DNA of 64,000 bases. Source: an uncultured bacterium. Its GTDB lineage: Bacteria; Babelota; Babeliae; Babelales; Vermiphilaceae. A program made the translations under genes and the position numbers. The stretch lies in NCBI GenBank assembly GCA_963707655.1, contig OY970172.1:416001-480000 (forward strand), written 5' to 3'. Each line of letters opens with the position of its first letter. Position 1 is the stretch's first letter. Under the pieces are notes generated by a model, which saw nothing but the letters and a program-made list of their open reading frames with translations, ran no database searches and had not been told where the DNA came from. This document shows positions 1 through 9,000 of this stretch, piece after piece.

Positions 1-333
1 AAAATAATCGGCGAGCCAATCATGCGGACTACGCGCGCCACTTTGGCTACCAGAAATACCAATTGTGCTTGTTGAGCCACACGTGTTATCCAAACAATCG
101 GCACCAAAAAGAGAATTCGCGATTGCCTGGTTACGCAACGAGTGGTCGTACTGAGGGATAATGGCCAATGTGCCATATTTACTTTCATCTCGCGCAAGAT
201 GTATCTGGTTGGTCCAGCCGACCATAAAGCGCGGCAGGTCAAGAGATTGCGAGCGCGTGTTGACAAGAGACAAGAGTGTATGCGATATCGTTAAGCAGCT
301 GGCGACAAGAAGAATAATGTTTTTTCTATTCAT
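1..333 (-). CDS. 5' part of a sixth, divergent member of the Cys-rich outer-membrane-like paralogue family (runs off the window)
   Basis: Not in the ORF track. Manual translation from ATG 333 gives MNRKNIILLVASCLTISHTLLSLVNTRSQSLDLPRFMVGWTNQIHL...YGTLAIIPQYDHSL...IANSLFG...ISGSQSGARSPHDWLADYF, matching the family motifs RSQSVDTARELxGW, YGTFAITPEYTQSF, SLFG and DLLADYFG. AAGGA upstream. Confidence 0.85.
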   Translation of the reverse strand, partial: MNRKNIILLVASCLTISHTLLSLVNTRSQSLDLPRFMVGWTNQIHLARDESKYGTLAIIPQYDHSLRNQAIANSLFGADCLDNTCGSTSTIGISGSQSGARSPHDWLADYF

Positions 334-391
334 TTTTCATATTCCTTTCTTTTTTCCAACAGCTTAACACTCGCGTAGTGATGAGCACAAC

Positions 392-424
392 AAAAAAGGC
401 CCGGAAGAATTCCGAGCCCTTTTT
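392..424 (-). terminator. Intrinsic terminator after paralogue 450-2438
   Basis: Minus strand GGCTCGGAA-TTC-TTCCGGGCC followed by T6; T-run also on the plus strand. Confidence 0.8.
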
Positions 425-449
425 GCTGTGTTCTATTACTATGTATTAC

Positions 450-2438
450 TTAGAAAGAGAAACCGCCTTTAAGCCAAATACCCCATTCAGATATATTGGT
501 GCGGATCGCTTTATTGTCGGCGCAAACGAAGCTGCCACAGCCGCTATTTGAATTAATGGTTGAGCATCCTGAAGTATTTGAACACGGCGCTATATTGCAG
601 CATTCTTTATTGCTTGCAAACTCAGCCTTGCCACCAATACCAAGGTAAGGAATGTAACATTCGCAATCTTCCCATGTATAACTTACATGAGTGAATACTT
701 TGTTTGATAATCCCTTAGCCCGCGCGCCAACAAGATCAATATCATTATCTGCCAAGAAGATTGGCTGTATTGATGTCTCTGTTTGGTTCGCCACGGTAGC
801 ACCGGCGGTTACGTTTACTAATGGATTATTGGCGGTAAATGGGGCCGCTGCGTCACCATAAGCGTAAAGCGCCGAATCAATGCCAGTATTGACTGCTGGG
901 AACGGGGTAAATGTTCCTACTGGATAGTTACTGCCGGAGCAGATGGTTGCATTGTTGTTGGTTGCAGATAAAGCTATTGGATCATAAGTATTTACCGGAT
1001 CAAAGCCATACACATACGCATCACCTTTGAGCGCATAAGTCGTGTTGCCTGAGAACAATGAAGTGCTGGTGCATGATTTGAACTTTTCAGCGCTGGTCAT
1101 CCAGAAGTTGTACCCAAGATCCCACGTAAAATTGCAATGGGTATAGTTAAACATAGCAGTCAGGTCAACCTGAATATCTTGTTTCACTTTTACATTCTGC
1201 GCTGCAATATTGGCAACAGGCGTGAATATGTTGTCAAACTGATAGTTTGCCGCGAAGTATCCTCCCGTAGGAACAGTTGCCGGGAATGGTGTCCCTGCTG
1301 GCGCTGGATTTCCTTCCAAGTGATCTACCACGGTGCTTGTCAAATTTTCAGCAAGCATATATTTGCTGTTGTCCCCACGAGCACACAGATCAAACACACG
1401 GAACTGGCATGCTGCAAATAAATGAGTGAGATCAACATCTAAATAAAAGCCGAGGCTTTTTTCATAGTCGCAATCTGTCCAGAATGTGTAGTGAGAGGTA
1501 AATTTGCCACCAAATTCCCAGTGATGCCCATTGCCCACCATTGGTTGAAAGAGCAACCGGTCATTCACTCTGTTGCCCGTTGGCGCTGCAACGAGAAGGC
1601 CCAAGCCAACATGGTAGTCTTCATCTTCCGCAAAGTTCCAGCCCAATGCAAAACGTATGTCTGAAAGGCGCGTTGTATGTGATCCGCTATTACATGATTT
1701 TGAACAATTACCATTGCTGGTACCGGTGATTACCTTGCCGGAAGGAATTTTTGCATTTGCCAATGGTTGGAACGTAACCCCACCGTTTAAGATAGGAACA
1801 TTGCCTTGCAAGTATGATACAAAGCTGGTGTTCAAACTGGTATACGGTACTACAGCAGGACTGAAATAACCTGCCGGATAGTTACCGGCAGCGCTACCGG
1901 GGCTTGCTGCTACTTCATTCATGCGCAATTTCCATTTTGCATACACAACCGGCGCATGAATGCGGAACCACAATCCTTCAAGATAATCATCAAGGCCAAG
2001 GAACAAGTCGAAATCAACCAAAAAGTTTTGAATTTCCGGTTTAACATATACGGTTGATTGGTAATCAAGAGGCAAGCCAAAATAATCAGCTAACAAGTCA
2101 CCTGCCTGGCGATTGGGAGATTGACTGCCCGAAACTCTAAACGAAGCCCCATTGTTATTGTTGCAATTATTATTGATAGTCGTAGCAGCATTGTTAATGG
2201 CACTGCCAAATAATGAACGCGCTATCTGGCGCCCATGAAAAGATTGTGTGTATTCTGGGGTGACGGCGAATGATCCATAAAAGCAGCCGACATCATATAA
2301 GTTAACATGATCGGTCCATCCAGCCAACTCACGTGCGGTATCAACACTTTGCGAACGGATTCTAACATCGGCTGCAGTAGCACATCCCATGACACTCAGC
2401 AGCATGCCAAGACCTATATATGAAAACAGTTGCTTCAT
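450..2438 (-). CDS. Cys-rich secreted protein, putative outer-membrane beta-barrel (paralogue A)
   Basis: ATG 2438 preceded by AAGGAG; N-terminal signal peptide; C-terminus SEWGIWLKGGFSF with alternating hydrophobic residues and terminal Phe. Confidence 0.75.
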   Translation of the reverse strand: MKQLFSYIGLGMLLSVMGCATAADVRIRSQSVDTARELAGWTDHVNLYDVGCFYGSFAVTPEYTQSFHGRQIARSLFGSAINNAATTINNNCNNNNGASFRVSGSQSPNRQAGDLLADYFGLPLDYQSTVYVKPEIQNFLVDFDLFLGLDDYLEGLWFRIHAPVVYAKWKLRMNEVAASPGSAAGNYPAGYFSPAVVPYTSLNTSFVSYLQGNVPILNGGVTFQPLANAKIPSGKVITGTSNGNCSKSCNSGSHTTRLSDIRFALGWNFAEDEDYHVGLGLLVAAPTGNRVNDRLLFQPMVGNGHHWEFGGKFTSHYTFWTDCDYEKSLGFYLDVDLTHLFAACQFRVFDLCARGDNSKYMLAENLTSTVVDHLEGNPAPAGTPFPATVPTGGYFAANYQFDNIFTPVANIAAQNVKVKQDIQVDLTAMFNYTHCNFTWDLGYNFWMTSAEKFKSCTSTSLFSGNTTYALKGDAYVYGFDPVNTYDPIALSATNNNATICSGSNYPVGTFTPFPAVNTGIDSALYAYGDAAAPFTANNPLVNVTAGATVANQTETSIQPIFLADNDIDLVGARAKGLSNKVFTHVSYTWEDCECYIPYLGIGGKAEFASNKECCNIAPCSNTSGCSTINSNSGCGSFVCADNKAIRTNISEWGIWLKGGFSF

Positions 2439-2509
2439 AATAACCACTCCTTAAATGTATTTTGGCGTTCATTAACACAAAAAATGCTAGCATAATCGCG
2501 TGATGCTGC

Positions 2510-2555
2510 GCAATGCATAGCTCATTTTCTCTTACAAAAATAAGCCATGCATTGC
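2510..2555 (-). other. Intergenic RNA hairpin without U-tract (copy 1)
   Basis: Minus strand GCAATGCA-TGGCTTATTTT...AAAATGAGCTA-TGCATTGC, fully paired when G-U is allowed. Confidence 0.65.
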
Positions 2556-2581
2556 ATTTTTTACCTGTTATTCAACAGAGA

Positions 2582-4525
2582 TTAATTAAAAGAAACCCCT
2601 CCTTTGAGCCAAATACCCCATTCGGAGATATTGGTTTTTCTGCAGCCGCTGTCACCACAAGAGCTGCACGAAGAGTTATTTACACCGCAACCGGCACTGT
2701 TTGCACACGGCATAACATCATCACCGCAGCCTTTTTTATTGCTGACAAATTCAGCTTTGCCGCCAATACCCAGGTAAGGCACGTAGCATTCACCGTCTTC
2801 CCATGTGTAGCTTATATGGGTAAATATTTTGTTAGATTGTCCCTGTGCACGTGCACCCGCGTAATCAATATTCTCATTGGCCAGGAACACTGATTGTATT
2901 GAAGTGCTGGTTTGAAGAGAACCTGCAGTTGCGGGGGCTTCGTTATATAATAAAGACAGAAAAGTGGAGAATGCCAATTGCGCATTGTCTATATTTGCGT
3001 TCGCTGTTGGGAAAGGGGTAAAAGTTCCTACCGGATAGTTGGTTCCCGAACAGATAGTGGCCATACTTTCTGTTGCACCAAGAGCAACAAGAGTAATAGG
3101 GGTACCACCATCAAATCCGTAGACCGCCGCATCCCCTTTGAGTGCATAGGTGTGATTGCCGCGGAACAATGGCACATTGTTGCCACATGGGGTAATTCGT
3201 TCACAGCTGGTCATCCAGAAATTGTAACCAAGATCCCAGGCAAAACCGCAGTGTGTATAGTTTAACATTGCCGTAAGATCAACTTGAATATCTTGGCTCA
3301 CTTTTACATTTTGTGCCGCAATGTTTGCAACCGGGGTAAATATGCCATCGAATTGATATGTCGACGCAACCACTGGCGCAGGATCTCCACCAAAAAGATT
3401 TCCCGCCGACGTTGTCAATGATTCGGCAAGCATATATTTACTATTGTCACCGGCGCTGCATAGATCGAACACACGGAACTGTTTTGCTTTCAACAAGGTG
3501 GTTACATCTGCATCAACATAGATGCCCCAGCTCTTGTCGTAATCGCAGCTTCTCCAGAATGTGTAGTGTGAAGTAAACTTCGCACCCAACTCCCAGTGAT
3601 GCCCATTACCAACTATTGGTTGGAAAAGATAGGTGTCATTCACTTTATTACCGGTCGGCGCTGCAACAAGAAGACCTACGCCAATATGGTAATCTTCATC
3701 TTGCCAAAAGTTCCAGCCCAAAGCGGCACGGATATCGGAAAGTTTGGTTGTATGTGCGCCGTTATTGCATGATTTTTCACAACAGCCATTTGCAGCGACA
3801 TCAGTATTTATGGTACCACCACATAATTTACCATATTTCAACGGTGCAAACGTAACGCCACCGTTTAACGTTGGCACATTGCCTTGCAGATATGAAACGA
3901 AGCTGGTATTTAAGTCAGTATTTAAAACTATATCAGGAGCAAAATAACCTCCCGGATAGCTACCGCCAGCAGAAGTTCCCGCATCTGCTATTTCTTCATT
4001 CATGCATAATTTCCATTTTGCATAGACAACCGGTGCATGAATCCGGAACCAGAGTCCACACAGCCAATGATCCAAGCCGACAAAATAATCAAAATCAACC
4101 AAGAAGTTTTGGATTTTTGGTTTTACGTATACGGTCGATTGAAAATCAAGGGGCAAACCAAAATAGTCGGCCAGCAAATCACCGGCCATGCGATTTGTTG
4201 ATCGACTGCCCGAAACTCTAAATGAAGCACCGTTCTCATCATTGTTGCAACTGTCGTTACAATCATTATTTGAAGTGTTTATAATAGCACTGCCAAATAA
4301 TGAACGCGCTATCTGGCGACCATTAAAAGATTGTGTATATTCAGGGGTAATCGCAAATGTTCCATACATGCAATTCATATCAAACAAATTCACGTGATTG
4401 GTCCAGCCCGCCAACTCACGTGCCGTATCAACACTTTGCGAACGGATTCTTATATCGGCTGCAGTAGTGCACCCCATGACACTCAGCAGCACGCCAAGAC
4501 CTATATATGAAAACAGTTGCTTCAT
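2582..4525 (-). CDS. Cys-rich secreted protein, putative outer-membrane beta-barrel (chimeric paralogue A/B)
   Basis: ATG 4525 with AAGGAG; signal peptide nearly identical to paralogue A, body nearly identical to paralogue B; ends WGIWLKGGVSFN. Confidence 0.75.
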   Translation of the reverse strand: MKQLFSYIGLGVLLSVMGCTTAADIRIRSQSVDTARELAGWTNHVNLFDMNCMYGTFAITPEYTQSFNGRQIARSLFGSAIINTSNNDCNDSCNNDENGASFRVSGSRSTNRMAGDLLADYFGLPLDFQSTVYVKPKIQNFLVDFDYFVGLDHWLCGLWFRIHAPVVYAKWKLCMNEEIADAGTSAGGSYPGGYFAPDIVLNTDLNTSFVSYLQGNVPTLNGGVTFAPLKYGKLCGGTINTDVAANGCCEKSCNNGAHTTKLSDIRAALGWNFWQDEDYHIGVGLLVAAPTGNKVNDTYLFQPIVGNGHHWELGAKFTSHYTFWRSCDYDKSWGIYVDADVTTLLKAKQFRVFDLCSAGDNSKYMLAESLTTSAGNLFGGDPAPVVASTYQFDGIFTPVANIAAQNVKVSQDIQVDLTAMLNYTHCGFAWDLGYNFWMTSCERITPCGNNVPLFRGNHTYALKGDAAVYGFDGGTPITLVALGATESMATICSGTNYPVGTFTPFPTANANIDNAQLAFSTFLSLLYNEAPATAGSLQTSTSIQSVFLANENIDYAGARAQGQSNKIFTHISYTWEDGECYVPYLGIGGKAEFVSNKKGCGDDVMPCANSAGCGVNNSSCSSCGDSGCRKTNISEWGIWLKGGVSFN

Positions 4526-4597
4526 AATAACCACTCCTTAAATTTGTTTCGGCATTCATTAACACAAAAAATGCTAACACAACCATTCGACAATACA

Positions 4598-4641
4598 CAA
4601 TGCACCACTTGTCTCCCATTACAGAAACAAGTGGTGCATTG
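4598..4641 (-). other. Intergenic RNA hairpin without U-tract (copy 2)
   Basis: Perfect 15-bp inverted repeat CAATGCACCACTTGT (4598-4612) / ACAAGTGGTGCATTG (4627-4641). Confidence 0.7.
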
Positions 4642-4668
4642 CATTTTTTACCTGTTATTTAACAGAGA

Positions 4669-6612
4669 TTAATTAAAGGAAACCCCTCCTTTGAGCCAGA
4701 TACCCCACTCGGAGATATTGGTTTTTCTGCAGCCGCTGTCACCACAAGAACTGCAGGAAGAGTTATTTAGACTACAGCCTGCACTGTTTGCACACGGCAT
4801 AACATCGTCATCGCCGCAGCCTTTTTTATTGTTGGCAAATTCAGCTTTGCCGCCCACGCCAAAGTATGGCACGTAACATTCACGGTCTTCCCATGTGTAG
4901 CTTATATGGGTAAATATTTTGTTAGACAGACCCTGTGCGCGCGCACCCGCGTAATCGATATTGTCATTGGCCAAGAATACTGATTGTATTGAAGTGCTGG
5001 TTTGAACAGCGCCGCCGGGTACGGTGAATAACTCTGGCCCGGTAGGTGAAAAGTCCCCCAAAGCCGCGTTGTCTATATTTGTATTCGCTGTTGGGAAAGG
5101 GGTAAAAGTTCCTACCGGATAGTTGGTGCCTGAACAAATAGTGGCCATGCTTTCAGTTGCACCAAGAGCAACCGGAACAGTGACCCCAAATCCATAGACC
5201 GCTGCATCACCTTTAAGTGCATAAACATGATTGCCTTGGAACAATGGCACATTATTACCGCATGGGGTAATTCTTTCACAGCTGGTCATCCAGAAATTGT
5301 AACCGAAATCCCAAGCAAAGCCGCAGTTGGTGTAATTTAACATCGCCGTAAGATCAACTTGAATATCTTGACTCACTTTTACCTGTTGTGCCGCAATGTT
5401 TGCAACCGGGGTAAATATGCCATCGAATTGATATGTTGAGGCTACGGGGCCCGCACCTGTTGCACCATAAAGGTCCACTGATGGAGTTTTCAATGATTCG
5501 GCAAGCATATATTTGCTGTTGTCGCCGGCGCTGCATAGATCAAACACGCGGAACTGTTTTGCTTTCAACAAAGTGGTTACATCTGCATCAACATAGATGC
5601 CCCAGCTCTTGTCGTAATCGCAGCTTCTCCAGAATGTGTAGTGTGAAGTAAACTTCGCACCCAACTCCCAGTGATGACCGTTACCAACGAATGGTTGGAA
5701 AAGATAGGTGTCATTCACTTTATTGCCGGTTGGCGCTGCAACGAGAAGACCCACGCCAATATGGTAATCTTCATCTTGCCAAAAGTTCCAGCCCAAGGCG
5801 GCACGAATATCAGAAAGTTTGGTTGTATGTGCGCCGTTATTGCACGATTTTTCACAGCAGCCATTTGAAGCGACATCAGTATTTATGGTACCGCCACACA
5901 ATTTGCCATATTTTAATGGCTCAAACGTAACGCCACCGTTTAACGTTGGCACATTGCCTTGCAGATATGAAACGAAGCTAGTGTTTAAGTCCGTATTTGC
6001 CACTGCAGCAGGAGCAAAATAACCGGCCGGATAGCTACCACCAAGAGTAGTGCCCGCGTCTGCTATTTCTTCATTCAAGCATAATTTCCATTTTGCATAG
6101 ACAACCGGCGCATGAATCCGGAACCAGAGTCCGCACAGCCATTGATCAAGGCCAATAAAGAAATCAAAATCAACCAAGAAGTTTTGGATTTTTGGTTTTA
6201 CGTATACGGTTGATTGGTAATCAAGCGGCAAACCAAAATAGTCGGCCAGCAAATCACCGGCTTGACGATTGAGGTTTTGACTACCTGATATTCTAAATGA
6301 AGCACCGTTCTTATCATTGTTGCAGTTATCGTTACAATCATTATTTGAAGTGTTGATAATGGCGCTGCCAAATAATGAACGCGCTATCTGGCGACCATTA
6401 AAAGATTGTGTATATTCAGGGGTAATCGCAAATGTTCCATACATGCAATTCATTTCAAATAAATTCACCTGATTGCTCCAGCCCGCCAACTCACGTGCCG
6501 TATCAACACTTTGCGAGCGTATTCTTATATCGGTGGTTGTGGCTGTGCCAACAAACCCGACTGTGCTGCAAAGAGCAATAAGACTCAGATATTTTTTTAG
6601 CGCTTGTTTCAT
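4669..6612 (-). CDS. Cys-rich secreted protein, putative outer-membrane beta-barrel (paralogue B)
   Basis: 647-aa ORF, AAGGAG RBS, signal peptide, family motifs, ends WGIWLKGGVSFN. Confidence 0.75.
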   Translation of the reverse strand: MKQALKKYLSLIALCSTVGFVGTATTTDIRIRSQSVDTARELAGWSNQVNLFEMNCMYGTFAITPEYTQSFNGRQIARSLFGSAIINTSNNDCNDNCNNDKNGASFRISGSQNLNRQAGDLLADYFGLPLDYQSTVYVKPKIQNFLVDFDFFIGLDQWLCGLWFRIHAPVVYAKWKLCLNEEIADAGTTLGGSYPAGYFAPAAVANTDLNTSFVSYLQGNVPTLNGGVTFEPLKYGKLCGGTINTDVASNGCCEKSCNNGAHTTKLSDIRAALGWNFWQDEDYHIGVGLLVAAPTGNKVNDTYLFQPFVGNGHHWELGAKFTSHYTFWRSCDYDKSWGIYVDADVTTLLKAKQFRVFDLCSAGDNSKYMLAESLKTPSVDLYGATGAGPVASTYQFDGIFTPVANIAAQQVKVSQDIQVDLTAMLNYTNCGFAWDFGYNFWMTSCERITPCGNNVPLFQGNHVYALKGDAAVYGFGVTVPVALGATESMATICSGTNYPVGTFTPFPTANTNIDNAALGDFSPTGPELFTVPGGAVQTSTSIQSVFLANDNIDYAGARAQGLSNKIFTHISYTWEDRECYVPYFGVGGKAEFANNKKGCGDDDVMPCANSAGCSLNNSSCSSCGDSGCRKTNISEWGIWLKGGVSFN

Positions 6613-6786
6613 AATAGCTACTCCTTGTTATCGTTTTTTATTATGCATTATTATATATGCTTTCATTCTCCATCATGTGCGATTTAATTATTTTTTTATC
6701 AGTAAATCTCCTTTTATTATCGGCACAGCTCATCACTTTGATTGATATAAAAAGCATCCTACCATAGCAACAATTAAAGAAACAAC

Positions 6787-6816
6787 AAAAAAAAGACCCG
6801 GATATTTTTCCGGGTC
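6787..6816 (-). terminator. Intrinsic terminator after paralogue C
   Basis: Minus strand GACCCGGA-AAAATA-TCCGGGTC then T8. Confidence 0.8.
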
Positions 6817-6861
6817 CTCTACATTGGTTCTGTCATGCAATTATCGATGCGCTCATTATTA

Positions 6862-8886
6862 TCAATTGAATGAGCAACCGCCTTTGAGCCAAATACCCCA
6901 CTCGGAGATATTGCTTCTTCTACAGCCATTATCACCGCACGATGAAAAACATGAGAAATTATTTCCCGCATTGGTAGCAACCGTGCACCCTGAACTATTG
7001 GCACATGGGGATGCGCCGCATTCTTTCTTATGGAGTGCAAACTCGGCCTTGCCACCTGCACCAAGATAAGGAGTGTAGCAGCCACAATTTTCCCATGTAT
7101 AACTTACATGAGTAAATATTTTGTTGGAAATACCGTGACCGCGACACCCTTGAACATCAACATTGGGCTCTCCCAGAAACAGTGATTGAATTGAGGTATT
7201 GGTTTGGTTGGTAGCAGGAACTCCGCCGGTGGTTACATTAAACAATGCATCATAAGGAGGTACGGCACCCGTTGCATTGCCATACGCATATTGAGGCAAA
7301 TCAATATTCGCATTTACCGATGTTGCTGCCGTTACTGTAGATCCAAGCGGTATATTGGTACCGGAGCAAATAGTTGCCATACTTTCTGTTGCCCCTAAAG
7401 CTATCGGATCATATAAGCCGCCGGTTGCATTGCCATTGTCAAAACCATAGACAGATGCATCACCTTTGAGCGCATACGTGGCGTTACCTTGTAGCAATGC
7501 AGTCGTGTTGCCGCATTGATTTATTCTTTCGCAACCGGTTACCCAGAAATTGTAACCGATATCCCAGGCAAGACTACAATGGGTATAATTAAGCATCGCA
7601 GTAAAATCAATCTGAATATCTTGGCTCACTTTTATATTTTGTGCCGTGATGTTTGCTGCCGGTACAAACACATTACTGAATTGATACACTGAAGGGGTAG
7701 GTGTTTCGCCCACGGGAGCAATATAGGGAGCGGCTCCCGTTGTTGATATGCCATTGCCTGAAAGATCATCTGTTGCAGGAATGTTCATTACTTGCGCAAG
7801 CATATATTTGCTATTGTCACCGGCGCCACACAAATCAAACACACGGAATTGGCGCGTTGCGAACAAGAGGGTTGCATCGGCATCAAAATAAAACCCAACA
7901 CTTCTGTTTAAATCGCAGTTGCGCCATAATGTGTAATGCGAAGTAAACTTACCACCCAGCTCCCAGTGATGGCCATTACCAACGAATGGCTGAAAAAGCA
8001 GCGTATCATTTACTCGAGAACCTGTTGGCGCCGCAGCAAGACCTCCCAAGCCAATATGATAATCTTCATCTTGCCAAAAGTTCCAGCCAAAAGAGAAACG
8101 TATATCAGAAAGCTGAATGGTGTGCGCCTCGCTGTTACATGATATTGAGCCATCAACAGTATTCGTAGTGCGACCACAAATTTTACCATTTTGTAACGGT
8201 TGAAAAGTAACGCCACCATTTAATGTAGGAACGTTGCCTTGTAAATATGAGACAAAGCTGCTGTTTAGATGAGCAACCGGCACTGCAGCAGGAGCAAAAT
8301 AACCGGCCGGATAATAAACAGTGCCCGGTTGTGCTTGCGCTTCATCCATGCGCAATTTCCACTTCGCATACACAACTGGTGCATGGATTCTGAACCAAAA
8401 GCCGCAGAGCCATTGATCAAGGCCAATAAAAAAATCAAAATCAACCAAGAAGTTTTGAATTTCCGGTTTTACGTATACGGTTGATTGGTAATCAAGCGGC
8501 AAGCCAAAATAGTCAGCCAATAAATCCCCTGCTTGACGGTCAACCGCCTGGCTACCCGACACGCGGAATGCAGCACCGTTGTCATTGCAGCCGCTGTTAC
8601 CATTAGTGCCAGTAGTAGTTATTCCGCTAGTAAGTGCGTTGCCAAACAATACGCGCGCTATGTGCCGACCATTAAAAGATTGCGTATATTCCGGTGTTAT
8701 TGCAAATGATCCATGAATGCCGTCAACATTATATAGATTGATATGATTGATCCAGCCAGATAATTCGCGTGCTGTATCAACACTCTGCGAGCGAATCCGC
8801 ACATCATTGGCCACGCTGATGGACGTGAATCCAAGTACGCTAAAAAGAGCGCTACGATATATACACTCTTTTAACATTTGTTTCAT
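6862..8886 (-). CDS. Cys-rich secreted protein, putative outer-membrane beta-barrel (paralogue C)
   Basis: 674-aa ORF, GAGGA RBS, signal peptide, ends WGIWLKGGCSFN. Confidence 0.75.
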   Translation of the reverse strand: MKQMLKECIYRSALFSVLGFTSISVANDVRIRSQSVDTARELSGWINHINLYNVDGIHGSFAITPEYTQSFNGRHIARVLFGNALTSGITTTGTNGNSGCNDNGAAFRVSGSQAVDRQAGDLLADYFGLPLDYQSTVYVKPEIQNFLVDFDFFIGLDQWLCGFWFRIHAPVVYAKWKLRMDEAQAQPGTVYYPAGYFAPAAVPVAHLNSSFVSYLQGNVPTLNGGVTFQPLQNGKICGRTTNTVDGSISCNSEAHTIQLSDIRFSFGWNFWQDEDYHIGLGGLAAAPTGSRVNDTLLFQPFVGNGHHWELGGKFTSHYTLWRNCDLNRSVGFYFDADATLLFATRQFRVFDLCGAGDNSKYMLAQVMNIPATDDLSGNGISTTGAAPYIAPVGETPTPSVYQFSNVFVPAANITAQNIKVSQDIQIDFTAMLNYTHCSLAWDIGYNFWVTGCERINQCGNTTALLQGNATYALKGDASVYGFDNGNATGGLYDPIALGATESMATICSGTNIPLGSTVTAATSVNANIDLPQYAYGNATGAVPPYDALFNVTTGGVPATNQTNTSIQSLFLGEPNVDVQGCRGHGISNKIFTHVSYTWENCGCYTPYLGAGGKAEFALHKKECGASPCANSSGCTVATNAGNNFSCFSSCGDNGCRRSNISEWGIWLKGGCSFN

Positions 8887-8924
8887 GATAATTGTTCCTC
8901 ATTGAATGAATAGTATTCGTTAAT

Positions 8925-8953
8925 AAAAAAGGCCCGGGAAAATTCCCGGGCCC
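8925..8953 (-). terminator. Intrinsic terminator after paralogue D
   Basis: GGCCCGGGAA / TTCCCGGGCC perfect stem with T6 on the minus strand. Confidence 0.85.
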
Positions 8954-9000
8954 TTAGTACTAGTTTTTGTTTGTGCAACAGGTTGATGCACTAACAAATA

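Noticed and set aside
2380..2400. Lipobox (VMGC) in paralogue A and the chimera
   Set aside because: Met at -2 is non-canonical, the other paralogues lack this Cys, and an AxA signal peptidase I site follows; not excluded but unsupported.
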